Origin: Candidatus Methanoperedenaceae archaeon
GTDB lineage: Archaea; Halobacteriota; Methanosarcinia; Methanosarcinales; Methanoperedenaceae
Length of the DNA stretch: 40,440 bases
Assembly: GCA_963753595.1 (NCBI GenBank)
Contig: CAVWCX010000010.1
Span: forward strand, 1-40,440
Reading direction: 5' to 3'
Part shown: positions 19,121-29,518 of the stretch, piece by piece
Layout of the letters: every line of letters starts with the position of its first letter
Position numbering within the stretch: position 1 is the first letter of the stretch
Position numbers and translations under genes: made by a program
Notes under the pieces: model-generated
The model's input: only the letters and a program-made list of their open reading frames with translations
Database searches by the model: none
Told to the model about the DNA's origin: nothing

Positions 19121-20023
19121 ATGCAAATTCGAACCTGGTTCGGGATTTTCTCTGTAGAAAATGATACGATCATAAATGCTGAAATTTTCCTTAAAGACCT
19201 TTCTTCCATAACCAGACGACTCCTTCAGGAACCACTGCTGTTAAGAGGAACTGTTGCAGGTTCAGACCTTCGCGAGCTGGCAATAAAATATGGTTTTACA
19301 AGTTCGAACGTTGAATATGACAGATTGCTCCATGAACTCGAAATAATGCTTGCAAAAGAACAGGTCGCGCAAACCGTGACACCCGACAGGCGTATCATCG
19401 CTGCTGTGGAAGCTATAGATGACCTCAATGAGACCGGTAATGTTCTTTCAGAAAGGCTCAGGGAATGGTACATCATGAATTTTGAGAATACCATTTTGAA
19501 AGGTGAAGAGCTTGCCCGAAAAATCATTGGGATGGACGAACCGGGCGCTGACCTGAAAATAATGCAAAGCTTTTCTTCAAGTCTTCTGGCATCCTATGAA
19601 ACGCGAGACCGTATCGAAGAATATCTGAAAGAAAACATGCCCATGATAGCGCCAAATGTAACCGGTATTACAGGACACATTCTCGGTGCGCGCCTGCTGA
19701 GTATTGCGGGGGGCCTTGAAAAGTTAGCTTTCATGCCATCAAGCACGATACAGGTCATCGGGGCGAATAATGCGCTTTTCAAGCATTTGAAGGGTAAAGC
19801 CCCATCACCGAAACATGGTGTGATTTTCAGGCATCCTATTATTAATACCGCTCCAAAATGGCAGCGCGGGAAGATCGCAAGAGTCCTTGCCGCGAAAATA
19901 TCGCTTGCTTCGAGGTATGACCTTTATTCAGGGGAAGTAAAAGGGGATTTACGGCAGGAATTAAGATTAAAAGTTGATGCTATCAGGAAAACCAGGCCAA
20001 AGAAAAAATCCAGTGTTCTTTAA
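19121..20023 (+). CDS. nop5: Box C/D sRNP protein Nop5 (Nop56/58 homologue)
   Basis: LSERLREWY, APN, GARLLSIAG, PSSTIQVIGA..ALF, PKHGVIF, RGKIAR. Confidence 0.92.
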   Translation: MQIRTWFGIFSVENDTIINAEIFLKDLSSITRRLLQEPLLLRGTVAGSDLRELAIKYGFTSSNVEYDRLLHELEIMLAKEQVAQTVTPDRRIIAAVEAIDDLNETGNVLSERLREWYIMNFENTILKGEELARKIIGMDEPGADLKIMQSFSSSLLASYETRDRIEEYLKENMPMIAPNVTGITGHILGARLLSIAGGLEKLAFMPSSTIQVIGANNALFKHLKGKAPSPKHGVIFRHPIINTAPKWQRGKIARVLAAKISLASRYDLYSGEVKGDLRQELRLKVDAIRKTRPKKKSSVL

Positions 20024-20079
20024 TCATATATTTTTAAATAAATTTGCCATAACTAATGACGATAGTCCAGAGGCGACCC

Positions 20080-20150
20080 CACCGAAAAGAGCGCAAAGGA
20101 CGCAAAGAACATTGCTGCTATGCTTTGCGCTCTTTGCATCCTTTGCGGTG
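20080..20150. repeat. MITE-like palindrome with 9-nt periodic arms
   Basis: caccgaaaag-agcgcaaag-gacgcaaag, spacer aacattgctgctatg, ctttgcgct-ctttgcatc-ctttgcggtg; arms and spacer match 4039-4100. Confidence 0.85.
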
Positions 20151-20277
20151 ATTTTACTCATGAAAAACCTTGAGATTACACCTTAAATCTCAAATCTAGT
20201 ATATTTCACTATATATTATATAAGTAATACCGACAATCTATATATACATTCAAATATCAGTAAATCAAGGATATAAT

Positions 20278-21291
20278 ATGGAAACACGCAAAGTCTACGT
20301 AAGCGGCGGTTCTACATATGTGATCTCGCTGCCAAAAAAATGGGTCAAGAAGGTCAATTTGAAAGCCGGGGATTCTCTTGTTGTCACTGAACAGGCCGGA
20401 GCTTTGCTTTTCGAGACCAGCGCCATTGAAAAAGAATCACATGTAAAAGAGATCAGGATATCACAGATGGAATCAAGCGATGCGCTTGCCCGTATCATAA
20501 TCGCGAATTATCTTGTGGGATATGATACCTTAAAGATAAAACTTGACAGGAAAGATAATCTTTCGTACAGGGAGAATGTCCGGAAGATCATTGATTATTT
20601 AATAGGCATCGAAATAGTTGAGGATACCGATGATGCCATCATCCTTGAAATAATGGTTGATTATAAACGCATGATGACAACCCAGATACTCCAGAGGATG
20701 TTCTCAATAAACAGGTCAATGCTTCTTGACCTTGGAAAGGCCATCAACAGCAGGAACATCGGGCTTGCAAAAGATGTCATCGTAAGGGAGAGGGAGATAG
20801 ACAGGCTCTATTTCCTTGTAGTGCGCCAGCTAAAAAGCGCTGTTGAACACCAGCAAATTGCGGAAAAACTGGGAATAAAATACCAGAGGGATTGCCTGGG
20901 CTACAGGATCATCGTGAAAGTCCTTGAGAGAATTGCAGACCATATTGAAAACATAGCAAAAAGTTACATACAACTGTGCGAAATACAAAAAGAATTGCAG
21001 TTCGATGATTTTATCAAACTTAACAATAGTACTATTACTATTTTTGAAAAATCCGTTAATTCCCTTTTTTCAAGGAATATCTTGATGGCTGAAAAAATAT
21101 TCCCTGAATTAAAAGAGAGGACAAAAGTGCATTACGATATTTCAAATAAAATATTCCAGCAAAAAAATATCCAATCTGCTATCCTGCAAAAAACCATGCT
21201 GGACAGCCTTGGAAGAATAGCAAGCTACAGCGGTGATATCGCAGAGATCGCAATTAATATGTCGGCCGGGGCAATGGATCTTGAGGATTAG
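20278..21291 (+). CDS. phoU: Archaeal phosphate uptake regulator (AbrB-like N-terminus + PhoU domains)
   Basis: METRKV..SGGSTYVISLPKKW; EIDRLY, LERIADH, GRIASY..DIAE. Confidence 0.9.
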   Translation: METRKVYVSGGSTYVISLPKKWVKKVNLKAGDSLVVTEQAGALLFETSAIEKESHVKEIRISQMESSDALARIIIANYLVGYDTLKIKLDRKDNLSYRENVRKIIDYLIGIEIVEDTDDAIILEIMVDYKRMMTTQILQRMFSINRSMLLDLGKAINSRNIGLAKDVIVREREIDRLYFLVVRQLKSAVEHQQIAEKLGIKYQRDCLGYRIIVKVLERIADHIENIAKSYIQLCEIQKELQFDDFIKLNNSTITIFEKSVNSLFSRNILMAEKIFPELKERTKVHYDISNKIFQQKNIQSAILQKTMLDSLGRIASYSGDIAEIAINMSAGAMDLED

Positions 21292-21387
21292 TGTACCTCT
21301 GACCCGAAATTGTTGGATGACAAAAAGATAAATAAACAATAACACTGTATTAGGCTTGAATCATTATCTGACAAATCGGTTCATAAT

Positions 21388-21493
21388 GCGGTTGTGGTCT
21401 AGTGGCTATGACAGGGGCTTCCCAAGAACTTTTGCATGAATAGCAAAGATCAGGAAACAGCCTCTAACCCGGGTTCAAATCCCGGCAGCCGCA
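21388..21493 (+). tRNA. tRNA-Gly(CCC) with a 34-nt intron at position 37/38 (21425-21458)
   Basis: Acceptor GCGGTTG/CAGCCGC+A; anticodon stem GGGGC/GCCTC; T arm CCGGG-TTCAAAT-CCCGG; BHB central helix TTCC/GGAA with 3-nt bulges; CCA not encoded. Confidence 0.95.
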
Positions 21494-21643
21494 TCTGATA
21501 TTTTTATTACAGTTATAAAACAAATTTAATAATTATTTTTATATATTTTATAAAAAATTTAATATTTGTATAAAAAACCAACAACTTTAATAACCATCTA
21601 AAGCATTTAGCATCCATTTTAAGAATTAAATTAAGGGATTTCA

Positions 21644-22900
21644 ATGAAAGATTACATATTAAAAGACATAAACCTCGCAGACGAGGGTAAACAGAGGATC
21701 GAATGGGCGCGAAGACACATGCCGGTTCTTGAAAAAATAAAAGAACAATTCGAGAAAGAAAAACCCCTGGAAGGAATTAACGTGGTGGCATGTCTCCATG
21801 TGACTGTTGAGACAGCCAATCTTATTTACACCATGAAAGCGGGGGGTGCAAATATAGCTCTTACGGCTTCCAATCCACTAAGCACACAGGATGATGTTGC
21901 AGCAGCGCTTGCCTCGGAAGGGATAAAAACATTTGCTATAAAAGGCATGAACGAGAAGCAGTATTACCAGTGTCTTGAAGAAGCGCTTAAAATTAAGCCT
22001 CATGTTACTCTGGATGATGGCGCAGACACCATTGCGCTTGTCCATTCCAAACACAAGAACCTTATAAAGAACATTAAAGGCGGATGCGAAGAGACCACAA
22101 CCGGTGTTATCAGGCTTCGCGCAATGGCAGCTGACGGGGCTCTTAAATATCCTGTCATAGCTGTTAATGACGCTGAAACAAAGATGATGTTCGATAATCG
22201 TTATGGCACAGGCCAGAGCACATTACACGGGATAATGAATGCCACAAATGTCCTGTTCGCAGGAAAAACCATCGTTGTGGCTGGATATGGCTGGTGCGGG
22301 CGCGGTGTTGCCTCAAGGGCACGTGGTCTTGGCGGCAATGTGGTTGTCGTGGAAGTCGAGCCAAGAAAAGCTCTTGAAGCTGTCATGGATGGCTACAGGG
22401 TCATGCCAATGAAGGAAGCTGCTAAGATCGGTGATTTGTTCATTACGGTCACGGGAGATATCTCAGTCCTTCGCAAAGAGCATTTCCAGGTCATGAAAGA
22501 CCAGGCGATCGTATGCAATTCAGGCCATTTTAATGTTGAAATAAATATCCCTGACCTTGCCAAACTGGCAAAGAAAGTCAGCCAGATAAAGAACGATGTG
22601 CAGGAATATGCAATGAAAGATGGGCGGCGGATCTATATCCTGGCTGAGGGAAGACTTGTGAATCTTGCAAGCGCATTCGGGCATCCCCCTGAAGTCATGG
22701 ACATGAGCTTTGCTAACCAGGCTCTTGCTGTAAAATTGATATCAGAAAAGGGAGATACCTTTGAGAACCAGGTTTATAAAGTCCCTCCTGAAGTTGACAG
22801 CATGGTTGCAAAATTAAAACTTGAGTCAATGGGGATAGAAATAGAGACATTGACAAAAGAACAGCTTAAATATCTGAATTCCTGGACAATGGGAACATGA
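21644..22900 (+). CDS. ahcY: Adenosylhomocysteinase (SAH/SIH hydrolase)
   Basis: [54 protein letters not shown]. Confidence 0.96.
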   Translation: MKDYILKDINLADEGKQRIEWARRHMPVLEKIKEQFEKEKPLEGINVVACLHVTVETANLIYTMKAGGANIALTASNPLSTQDDVAAALASEGIKTFAIKGMNEKQYYQCLEEALKIKPHVTLDDGADTIALVHSKHKNLIKNIKGGCEETTTGVIRLRAMAADGALKYPVIAVNDAETKMMFDNRYGTGQSTLHGIMNATNVLFAGKTIVVAGYGWCGRGVASRARGLGGNVVVVEVEPRKALEAVMDGYRVMPMKEAAKIGDLFITVTGDISVLRKEHFQVMKDQAIVCNSGHFNVEINIPDLAKLAKKVSQIKNDVQEYAMKDGRRIYILAEGRLVNLASAFGHPPEVMDMSFANQALAVKLISEKGDTFENQVYKVPPEVDSMVAKLKLESMGIEIETLTKEQLKYLNSWTMGT

Positions 22901-23985
22901 AGCAGTTGCAGATCAAAGCGGTTGAAAATTATCTGAAAGGGCTCTACGGGAACTCAAAAGTCACAAAGATCGGTGAGCTTGGCGGAATTCCTGTTGAGGT
23001 CGAGGAAGGAATAAAAGGTTTCGGGTATGGCAAACCATATCTCATTGAATTTGAAGCAGGCGGGAAAGCGCATTCAGTAGTGCTTTCCTCCATGCGCGTC
23101 CAGGAAGGTTTCGGGCACGACCATTATTCTGACAGGGCCCAGATCCTCATATGGCAGAATTCGGTCTTCAACAACCTGCCGGAGCATGTCAAATCGCTAG
23201 ATGTGGGTTACTTCACGCATGGCGGGGAGCTTTATTCATCCGGCAAAGCTGAAGAATATTTTATTTTAATGGAAAAGATCGAAGGGAAAGAGTATTTCAT
23301 TGACCTTGAAAGAATAAAAAAGGACGGCTTACTTACATCTCTTGACAGGGACAGGACACTTGCACTATCATCGTATCTTGCCCGGATCCATGCTAACAAA
23401 CACGATAATCGAGAATTGTATTTCCGCAAGATCAGGGATCTTGTAGGACATGGCGAATGCATTATGGGATTGATGGACAGCTATCCTGGTAATCTTGATT
23501 TTGTGAGCCAGGATGACCTCTGCGCTATCGAAAAAAAATGCGTGGACTGGCGCTACAAAATTAAAGGAAATACCGCGCGCCTGTGCATGACACATGGCGA
23601 TTTCCATCCATGGAACATAATGTTCCGTGAGGGTGCGGATTTTACGGTGCTTGACAGGAGCAGAGGGGAATGGGGTGAGGCGGCAGATGATGTTTCCTCA
23701 ATAACCATGAACTACCTGTTCTATTCTCTCCAGAAATACGGGGAACTTAAAGGGCCATTTAAGGAAATGTATGAGTTGTTCTTTAATAATTACCTTGAAA
23801 AAACAGGTGATACGGAGCTCTTAAAGGTTATCCAGCCATTTTATGTCTTCAGGTCCGTGGTTGTGGCAAGCCCGATATGGTATCCTAATCTTGATCCAGA
23901 TGTTCGGACAAAGATATTTAATTTTATAAATAATATCCTGGATAGCGAGGAATTTGATTATAAGAATGTGAATTCTTATTTGTAG
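22897..23985 (+). CDS. Aminoglycoside-phosphotransferase/choline-kinase-like protein
   Basis: Brenner motif [10 protein letters not shown] followed by VLDRSRG; ATGA overlap with ahcY. Confidence 0.85.
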   Translation: MKQLQIKAVENYLKGLYGNSKVTKIGELGGIPVEVEEGIKGFGYGKPYLIEFEAGGKAHSVVLSSMRVQEGFGHDHYSDRAQILIWQNSVFNNLPEHVKSLDVGYFTHGGELYSSGKAEEYFILMEKIEGKEYFIDLERIKKDGLLTSLDRDRTLALSSYLARIHANKHDNRELYFRKIRDLVGHGECIMGLMDSYPGNLDFVSQDDLCAIEKKCVDWRYKIKGNTARLCMTHGDFHPWNIMFREGADFTVLDRSRGEWGEAADDVSSITMNYLFYSLQKYGELKGPFKEMYELFFNNYLEKTGDTELLKVIQPFYVFRSVVVASPIWYPNLDPDVRTKIFNFINNILDSEEFDYKNVNSYL

Positions 23986-23987
23986 GG

Positions 23988-24548
23988 ATGAAAATGGCTT
24001 TTGCAGTATGGTTCACAGGGCTTCCTGGAAGCGGTAAAACAGTGATAGCCTCCAGAACCGCTGCTATTCTCATAAACGAAGGGATTGATGTAAAGATCCT
24101 CCAGCTTGATGAGATAAGAAAGGTTCTTACCCCGAATCCGAAATATACGGATGATGAACGGGAAATCGTTTATGCATCCCTTGCTTATATGGCAAAACTC
24201 GTGACTGAATGCGATGTGAATGTTTTTATTGATGCTACGGCTAACAAAAGAAAGTATCGCGATGCAGCACGAAGACTTATCCCGTTATTCGGTGAAGTGT
24301 TCATCCGATGCCCTCTTGAAGTTTGCATGGAACGTGAAGCCCACAGGAGAGCCGTTTTTTCACCAAAAGGGATCTATGAGAAATCAGCGCAGGCGGGCGC
24401 CAATGTTCCTGGTGTAAATGTAGCTTATGAGGAACCAGTTGATCCAATTATCGTGATCGACAGCGACAAAACCAAGCCTGATACGAGTGCAAATATCTCA
24501 GCGGATGCTATTATTAACTTTTTTGGGGACAGAATGAATGGAAATTGA
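23988..24548 (+). CDS. Adenylyl-sulfate kinase (CysC)-like P-loop kinase
   Basis: VWFTGLPGSGKT, CPLEVC..R, PKGIY, PGV..AYEEP; LDGD is replaced by LQLDE. Confidence 0.8.
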   Translation: MKMAFAVWFTGLPGSGKTVIASRTAAILINEGIDVKILQLDEIRKVLTPNPKYTDDEREIVYASLAYMAKLVTECDVNVFIDATANKRKYRDAARRLIPLFGEVFIRCPLEVCMEREAHRRAVFSPKGIYEKSAQAGANVPGVNVAYEEPVDPIIVIDSDKTKPDTSANISADAIINFFGDRMNGN

Positions 24549-25338
24549 GACCTTAGTTGAGATCGGTGTTGAGATCCGTGATGTAATCAGCTCTTTTATC
24601 GAGAAAAATGAGGATTATGGCGAAATGCTCGTGCAGCGCCCTAAAGATATCACACGCAAGATGGACATGGCTGCTGAGAACGCGCTTGATACAGCTCTTT
24701 TGACAAGAGGACTTTCAGCCAGGATAATTTCCGAGGAGCTTGGCGACCGCGTTGTTGGCAATAATCCTGATTTCATGCTTGTGGTCGACCCTATTGACGG
24801 CTCTACGAATGCAACTTGCGGTATACCATTTTTCTGCACGTCTCTTGCTTATACTGATAAAACTGAAATCGCAACCTTTGATGATATCAGCATGGCAGTG
24901 ATATGCGATATCAACGGGAATACATATTGTGCGGAAAAGGGAAAAGGCGCTTTCTTAAATGAAAAACAACTTGCAGGAAAAAAGCGGGGCACACGGCCAA
25001 AACCAGTCGTATCTGTTTATTCTTATGGCGTCCCTAATGTACCTGAAGGTTTGATAGAACTTGAAAGATCAATTATAGTACGGGCGCTTGGAAGTATCGC
25101 GCTTGATATGTGTTTTGTTGCCGATGGGACACTCGACGGACTTATCGACACACGGGGACTTGTGAGCGGTTATGATATAATGGCATCTGCTTTGATATTG
25201 AAAGAATCAGCGGGGCTTCTGACAGATCTTAAAGGTAAGAATTTGGCAGATAATGTCCAGGTGACAGGTTTATCCATTGCAGGGACAAAAAACAGCGAAC
25301 TTCATGAAAAGATCATCAGAATGCTGGGGGTCAAATGA
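24538..25338 (+). CDS. Inositol monophosphatase / FBPase family protein
   Basis: ISEE, VDPIDGSTN, RALGSIALD, YDIMA motifs. Confidence 0.9.
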   Translation: MEIETLVEIGVEIRDVISSFIEKNEDYGEMLVQRPKDITRKMDMAAENALDTALLTRGLSARIISEELGDRVVGNNPDFMLVVDPIDGSTNATCGIPFFCTSLAYTDKTEIATFDDISMAVICDINGNTYCAEKGKGAFLNEKQLAGKKRGTRPKPVVSVYSYGVPNVPEGLIELERSIIVRALGSIALDMCFVADGTLDGLIDTRGLVSGYDIMASALILKESAGLLTDLKGKNLADNVQVTGLSIAGTKNSELHEKIIRMLGVK

Positions 25339-25739
25339 CCACAAAGCTCAAAGCACATATTGTTTCGAGGGGGAAAGCACAGGGGGATGCACTTGTGAGC
25401 AAACAACCCATCTCTTTCCTGGGCAGCATTGATGTAAAAACCGGTATGGTTGTTGAAAAAGGGCATGAGCTTTTTGGTTTAAGCATCAAGGGAAAAGTGC
25501 TTGTATTCCCCGGCGGTAAAGGCTCGACTGTTGGCTCTTATTCAATCTACCAGCTAAAAAAAAATGGCGCTGCTCCAATGGCTATGATAAATATAAGGAC
25601 TGAGCCGATTGTTGCAGTGGGTGCAATAATCTCGGATATCCCGCTTGTTGACAATCTTGAACAAAATCCTGTTAATTTAATAAAAAATGGCGATAAGGTT
25701 TTGGTTGATGCGATATTAGGAAGTGTTGAAATTTTATGA
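25335..25739 (+). CDS. Aconitase X swivel subunit (DUF126; putative phosphomevalonate dehydratase small subunit)
   Basis: PISFLG.ID, GKVLVFPGGKGSTVGSY, EPIVAVGAIISDIP. Confidence 0.9.
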   Translation: MTTKLKAHIVSRGKAQGDALVSKQPISFLGSIDVKTGMVVEKGHELFGLSIKGKVLVFPGGKGSTVGSYSIYQLKKNGAAPMAMINIRTEPIVAVGAIISDIPLVDNLEQNPVNLIKNGDKVLVDAILGSVEIL

Positions 25740-25957
25740 CTGAAGAAGATAAAGGTTATACTGAAATAAAGATGAGTTCAGGCTGGTTCATGACTATCTC
25801 GATGCAGAAAAGCGATAAATTCGAGGAAGAAAAGGAATATGTGGAGATAGCCAAGGAAAGAAGCGGCCAGAAGCGTGGAAGGTTCAATATCAATCCGAAA
25901 TATGTGCGGACACTTGGCGAGGCGCTGGTTAAGTTTGCGGATGAGAATAAGCTTTAG
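25736..25957 (+). CDS. Small hypothetical protein
   Basis: 73-aa ORF with ATGA overlap to the upstream gene. Confidence 0.75.
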   Translation: MTEEDKGYTEIKMSSGWFMTISMQKSDKFEEEKEYVEIAKERSGQKRGRFNINPKYVRTLGEALVKFADENKL

Positions 25958-25980
25958 GGTAGTTCTGGCTTATTTAAAAT

Positions 25981-26043
25981 CAACAACGAACTGGTACTAA
26001 CTGATACGAACTCCGGTGAGTTCACATTGAGTTCATTGTGATT
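25981..26043. repeat. Degenerate copy of the 10-nt periodic palindrome
   Basis: acgaactggt-actaactgat-acgaactc ... gagttcacatt-gagttcattg; related to 133-218. Confidence 0.6.
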
Positions 26044-26054
26044 TTCCAATGCGT

Positions 26055-26100
26055 GAAAAAAAAGAGGGGAACATGACTGCCATGTAAATTGGCATCCATC
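26055..26100 (-). terminator. Putative terminator (hairpin + U-tract) shared by the two large surface-protein genes
   Basis: Minus strand reads atgccaatttacatggcagtcatgttcccctctttttttt; near-identical block at ~34834-34880. Confidence 0.55.
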
Positions 26101-26123
26101 TCTTTTGCAGTTTCCAGGAATTA

Positions 26124-27855
26124 GCTATTGATATTGAAGTTGTTATCACCCGAATCAGTAATCGCAGGATTAATTGTGCTGTTAATCCTGATCTTATAGT
26201 CACTTCCCAGAAGCTGTGTTGCCGGAATGAACCATGGATGTGAACCATCATTAATGGTGCTTGCTACAATCAATCTGTTAAAAATTCCAGCTTTCAGGAG
26301 TTCTATCTTTACATATGTCCCTGGACTCTCAGTAGAAGTCCATTTGATGGTTTGGGTTATCCCCCTTCTCCAATTCTCTCCTCCGTTCGGAATTGCTACA
26401 GTAATTGAGGGAGCAGGGATTGTGAAGTTGTTATCACTTGAGTCCTTGATAGAAATATTCGTAGCACTCGTGATCCTCACCTGATAATCGGTACCAGACA
26501 CCTGTATTCCTGGAATTAGCCAGGGATGTGATCCATCATTCAGGGTGCTTGCTACTATCAGTCTGTTGAACAATCCTCCTTTCAGTAGTTCTATCCTGAC
26601 ATACGATCGAGGATTCTCAGTAGATGTCCAGTTTATCGTTTTGGTCGTTCCTCTAATCCAGCTCTCTCCATCATTTGGAGTTACAACAGTGATGGAGGGA
26701 ATCGGGATAGTGAAGCTGTTATCACTTATGCCGTTGATTGAAACGTTAGCTGTGCTTGTGATCTTCACTTTGTAATCAGTTCCTGGCACCTGTGCAGGAA
26801 GGATCAGCCATGGATGCGAACCGTCATTCAGTGTTGCTGATACTATCAATTGGTTCGGCTTATTCGGTTTCAGTAGTTCTATCTTTACATATCCTTTTGG
26901 ATTCTCTGTTGAATTCCACCTTATTGTTTGGGTCGTTCCTCTTATCCAGGAATCTGTGCTATTTGGAGAGACAACAGTGAATGAAGGTACAGGGATAGTG
27001 AAGTTTTTGTCGCTGGTATCATTAATAGAAACATTAATGGTACTCGTGATCTTCACTTTGTAATCACTTCTCGGCTCCTGTGCAACCGGAATCAGCCATG
27101 GATGCGAACCGTCATTCAGGGTTGCTGATACTATCAATTGGTTAGGCTTGTTCGGTTTCAGTAGTTCTATCTTTACATATCCTTTTGGATTCTCTGTTGA
27201 ATTCCACCTAATTGTTTGAGTCGTTCCTCTTATCCAGGACTCAGTGCCATTTGGAGAGACAACTGTGAATGATGGTGTCGGGATAGTGAAGTTTTTGTCG
27301 CTTGTATCATTAACAGAAGCATTAATAGTACTCGTGATCTTCACTTTGTAATCACTTCTTGGCTCCTGTGCAACCGGAATCAGCCATGGATGCGAACCGT
27401 CATTGGGAGTACTTGATATGATCAATAGGTTCGGCTTATTCGGTATCAGGAGTTCTATTTTCACATACGCTCCGGGACTGCCAGTTGAATTCCACTTTAT
27501 CGTTTTGGTTGTACCTCTTGTCCAGATATCTGTGCCACTTGGAGAAAGAACTGTAATAGTTGGAACAGGAATTGTGAAGTCTTCGCTGGTGCCTGAGTAT
27601 GCGGCATTTGTCGTGCTTGTGATCTTTACTTTATAATCACTTCTCGGCTCCTGTGCAACCGGAATCAGCCATGGATACGAACCGTCATTCAGGGTTGCTG
27701 ATACTATCAATTGGTTCGGTTTGTTCGGTTTCAGGAGTTCTATTTTTACATACGCTCCTGTACTGCCCGTCGATGTCCAGTTTATCGTTTGAGTTGTTCC
27801 TCGTGTCCAGTTTTCTCCACCATTGGGAGAGACGACTGTGATTCTTGGTGGAACC
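26124..27855 (-). repeat. Six intragenic ~288-bp repeats (Ser/Thr-rich Kre9/KNH1-like Ig-fold units)
   Basis: Unit PSxTVVSPNGxExWxRGTTQTIxW...YVKIELLK...NDGSHPWLIP...DYKVKITST...SDxNFTI seen six times. Confidence 0.9.
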
Positions 27856-29518
27856 GCCTGGTATTTGAGTGCCAGGTAGTCAGAATTGTTACTATTTATC
27901 GTATATTTTAAATCGCATAATCCATCATTATTCGTATCCGTGCAGGTCTGGCTGAAACCTTTGCCTGTTGAATTAGCCCAGAAGTTTCCTCCCAGATAAG
28001 AACCTCCAATTATGTTCTTGCCTGGATTTTTAGTGACGTTCCAGGTGTTTTCATAAATTGTACCTTTGAAAATAAAATTGTTGATATTATTGAAATAGTT
28101 GTTGTAGATTGTGTTTTTACTGGATGAAAAGAGTTCAATTCCATAATTATTCGAAATAAAAGTATTATTTTCAAAAGTATTGTTATCGGAAGAAGATAGC
28201 GATACTCCCGTCTCAGAATAATGGTGTATGTTGTAGGTTGAAAATTTGCTATCCTGGATCGTATTATTAGGGGACAGTATCATGTAAATCCCCCATCCGC
28301 TTTCCAAAACTCTTATATTCTGGATTCGGGAGTTGCTGGTTTCCCATAAATATACTCCTCTATCCATATTGGACATTTCCAGGTCTCTGACAGTCACATT
28401 ATTGCATAAGATACAGTAGAATGAGCTTGCTTTTGTTGAACCGTCATAGGTGGTGTTTTTTCCATATTTTACATAATATATGGGTCTTCCATTAGCGAGA
28501 TTTGTTGTATCGATATTATTTCCCTCTAAATGAGATAAGAGATTGCCGCCCACTCCAAAATTAAAGCTGTTGTTTTCCATAATGTTGTTGTAAGCCGTAG
28601 TGTTAAAGACATACGACAAAAATATCCCATATCTGCTATTAGTAACTGTATTTTTGCTGATTGTATTATTTTTTGAAGTCTCATATACTCTGAGTCCAAA
28701 GGTTGCACTATTGGAAATGTTGTTGCCAGTTATGTTATTGAAATTAGAAGAATTAAGTAAGATTCCTTGACTGTTCGAGTTTACACTGTTATTGCTCAGC
28801 GTGTTGTTGTTGGATGAAAACAAAAAGAGGGCATTACCGTTATTCCTTGCATTATTTCCGATAAGAGTATTGTTTATCGAAGAGTCCAGAGAGATGCCGA
28901 ACTTATTGTTCGAGACAATGTTTCCAAGCAGTGTGTTATTGCTGGAAATCCCAAGATAGATTCCGGAGTCGTTGTTCGAGCTTGCATTGTTGCCTATGAA
29001 CATGTTGTTGGTAGAATCGGACAGAGAGATGCCATAGTATCGGTTCGAGTTAGCATTGTTGCCTATTAGCGTGTTGTTGCTGGAAGATCCCAGAATAATG
29101 CCAATTTCATCGTTCGACTTGACATTATTGCTGTTGAGTGTGTTATTGTAGGATGAGGACAGGGAGATACCCACAACGTTGTTATGTGCATCGTTGCCGC
29201 TGAGTGTGTTGTTGTAGGATGAAGATAGAGAGATGCCGAACTGGCGATCGTCGCCACAGTCATCGCAGCTGCCGGTGTTCGAGTTTGCAGTGTTATCATT
29301 GAGCACGTTGTTGTTGGAAGATCCCAGATAGATTCCACCACCGTTGTTTGAGGCATCGTTATCGCTAAGCGTGTTGTTGCTGGAAGATACCAGAACAATG
29401 CCAATTTCACCGTTCGACTTGACATTATTTCTGTTGAGCGTGTTGTTGTTAGAAGAAGACAGAGAGATGCCTGGGCCGCCCCCCATCCAACCGTTGTTTG
29501 AGGCATCGTTGCCGCTAA

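Noticed and set aside
19974-20186. 70-aa ORF with KRAQRTQR / FALFASFA
   Set aside because: Read-through of the 9-nt periodic palindrome, which keeps frames open by construction
20190-20250. CTATATAT repeats upstream of phoU as an operator
   Set aside because: Cannot be separated from TATA-box-like, AT-rich background by eye
21494-21643. Integrated element at tRNA-Gly
   Set aside because: No integrase and no duplicated tRNA 3' end seen in the window
26124-27855. Diversity-generating retroelement template/variable repeat pair
   Set aside because: No reverse transcriptase in the window; repeats are in-frame domain duplications without adenine-specific differences
29066-29506. 146-aa alternative-frame ORF within the beta-helix gene
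   Set aside because: Thr-rich frame artefact of AAC-rich repeats
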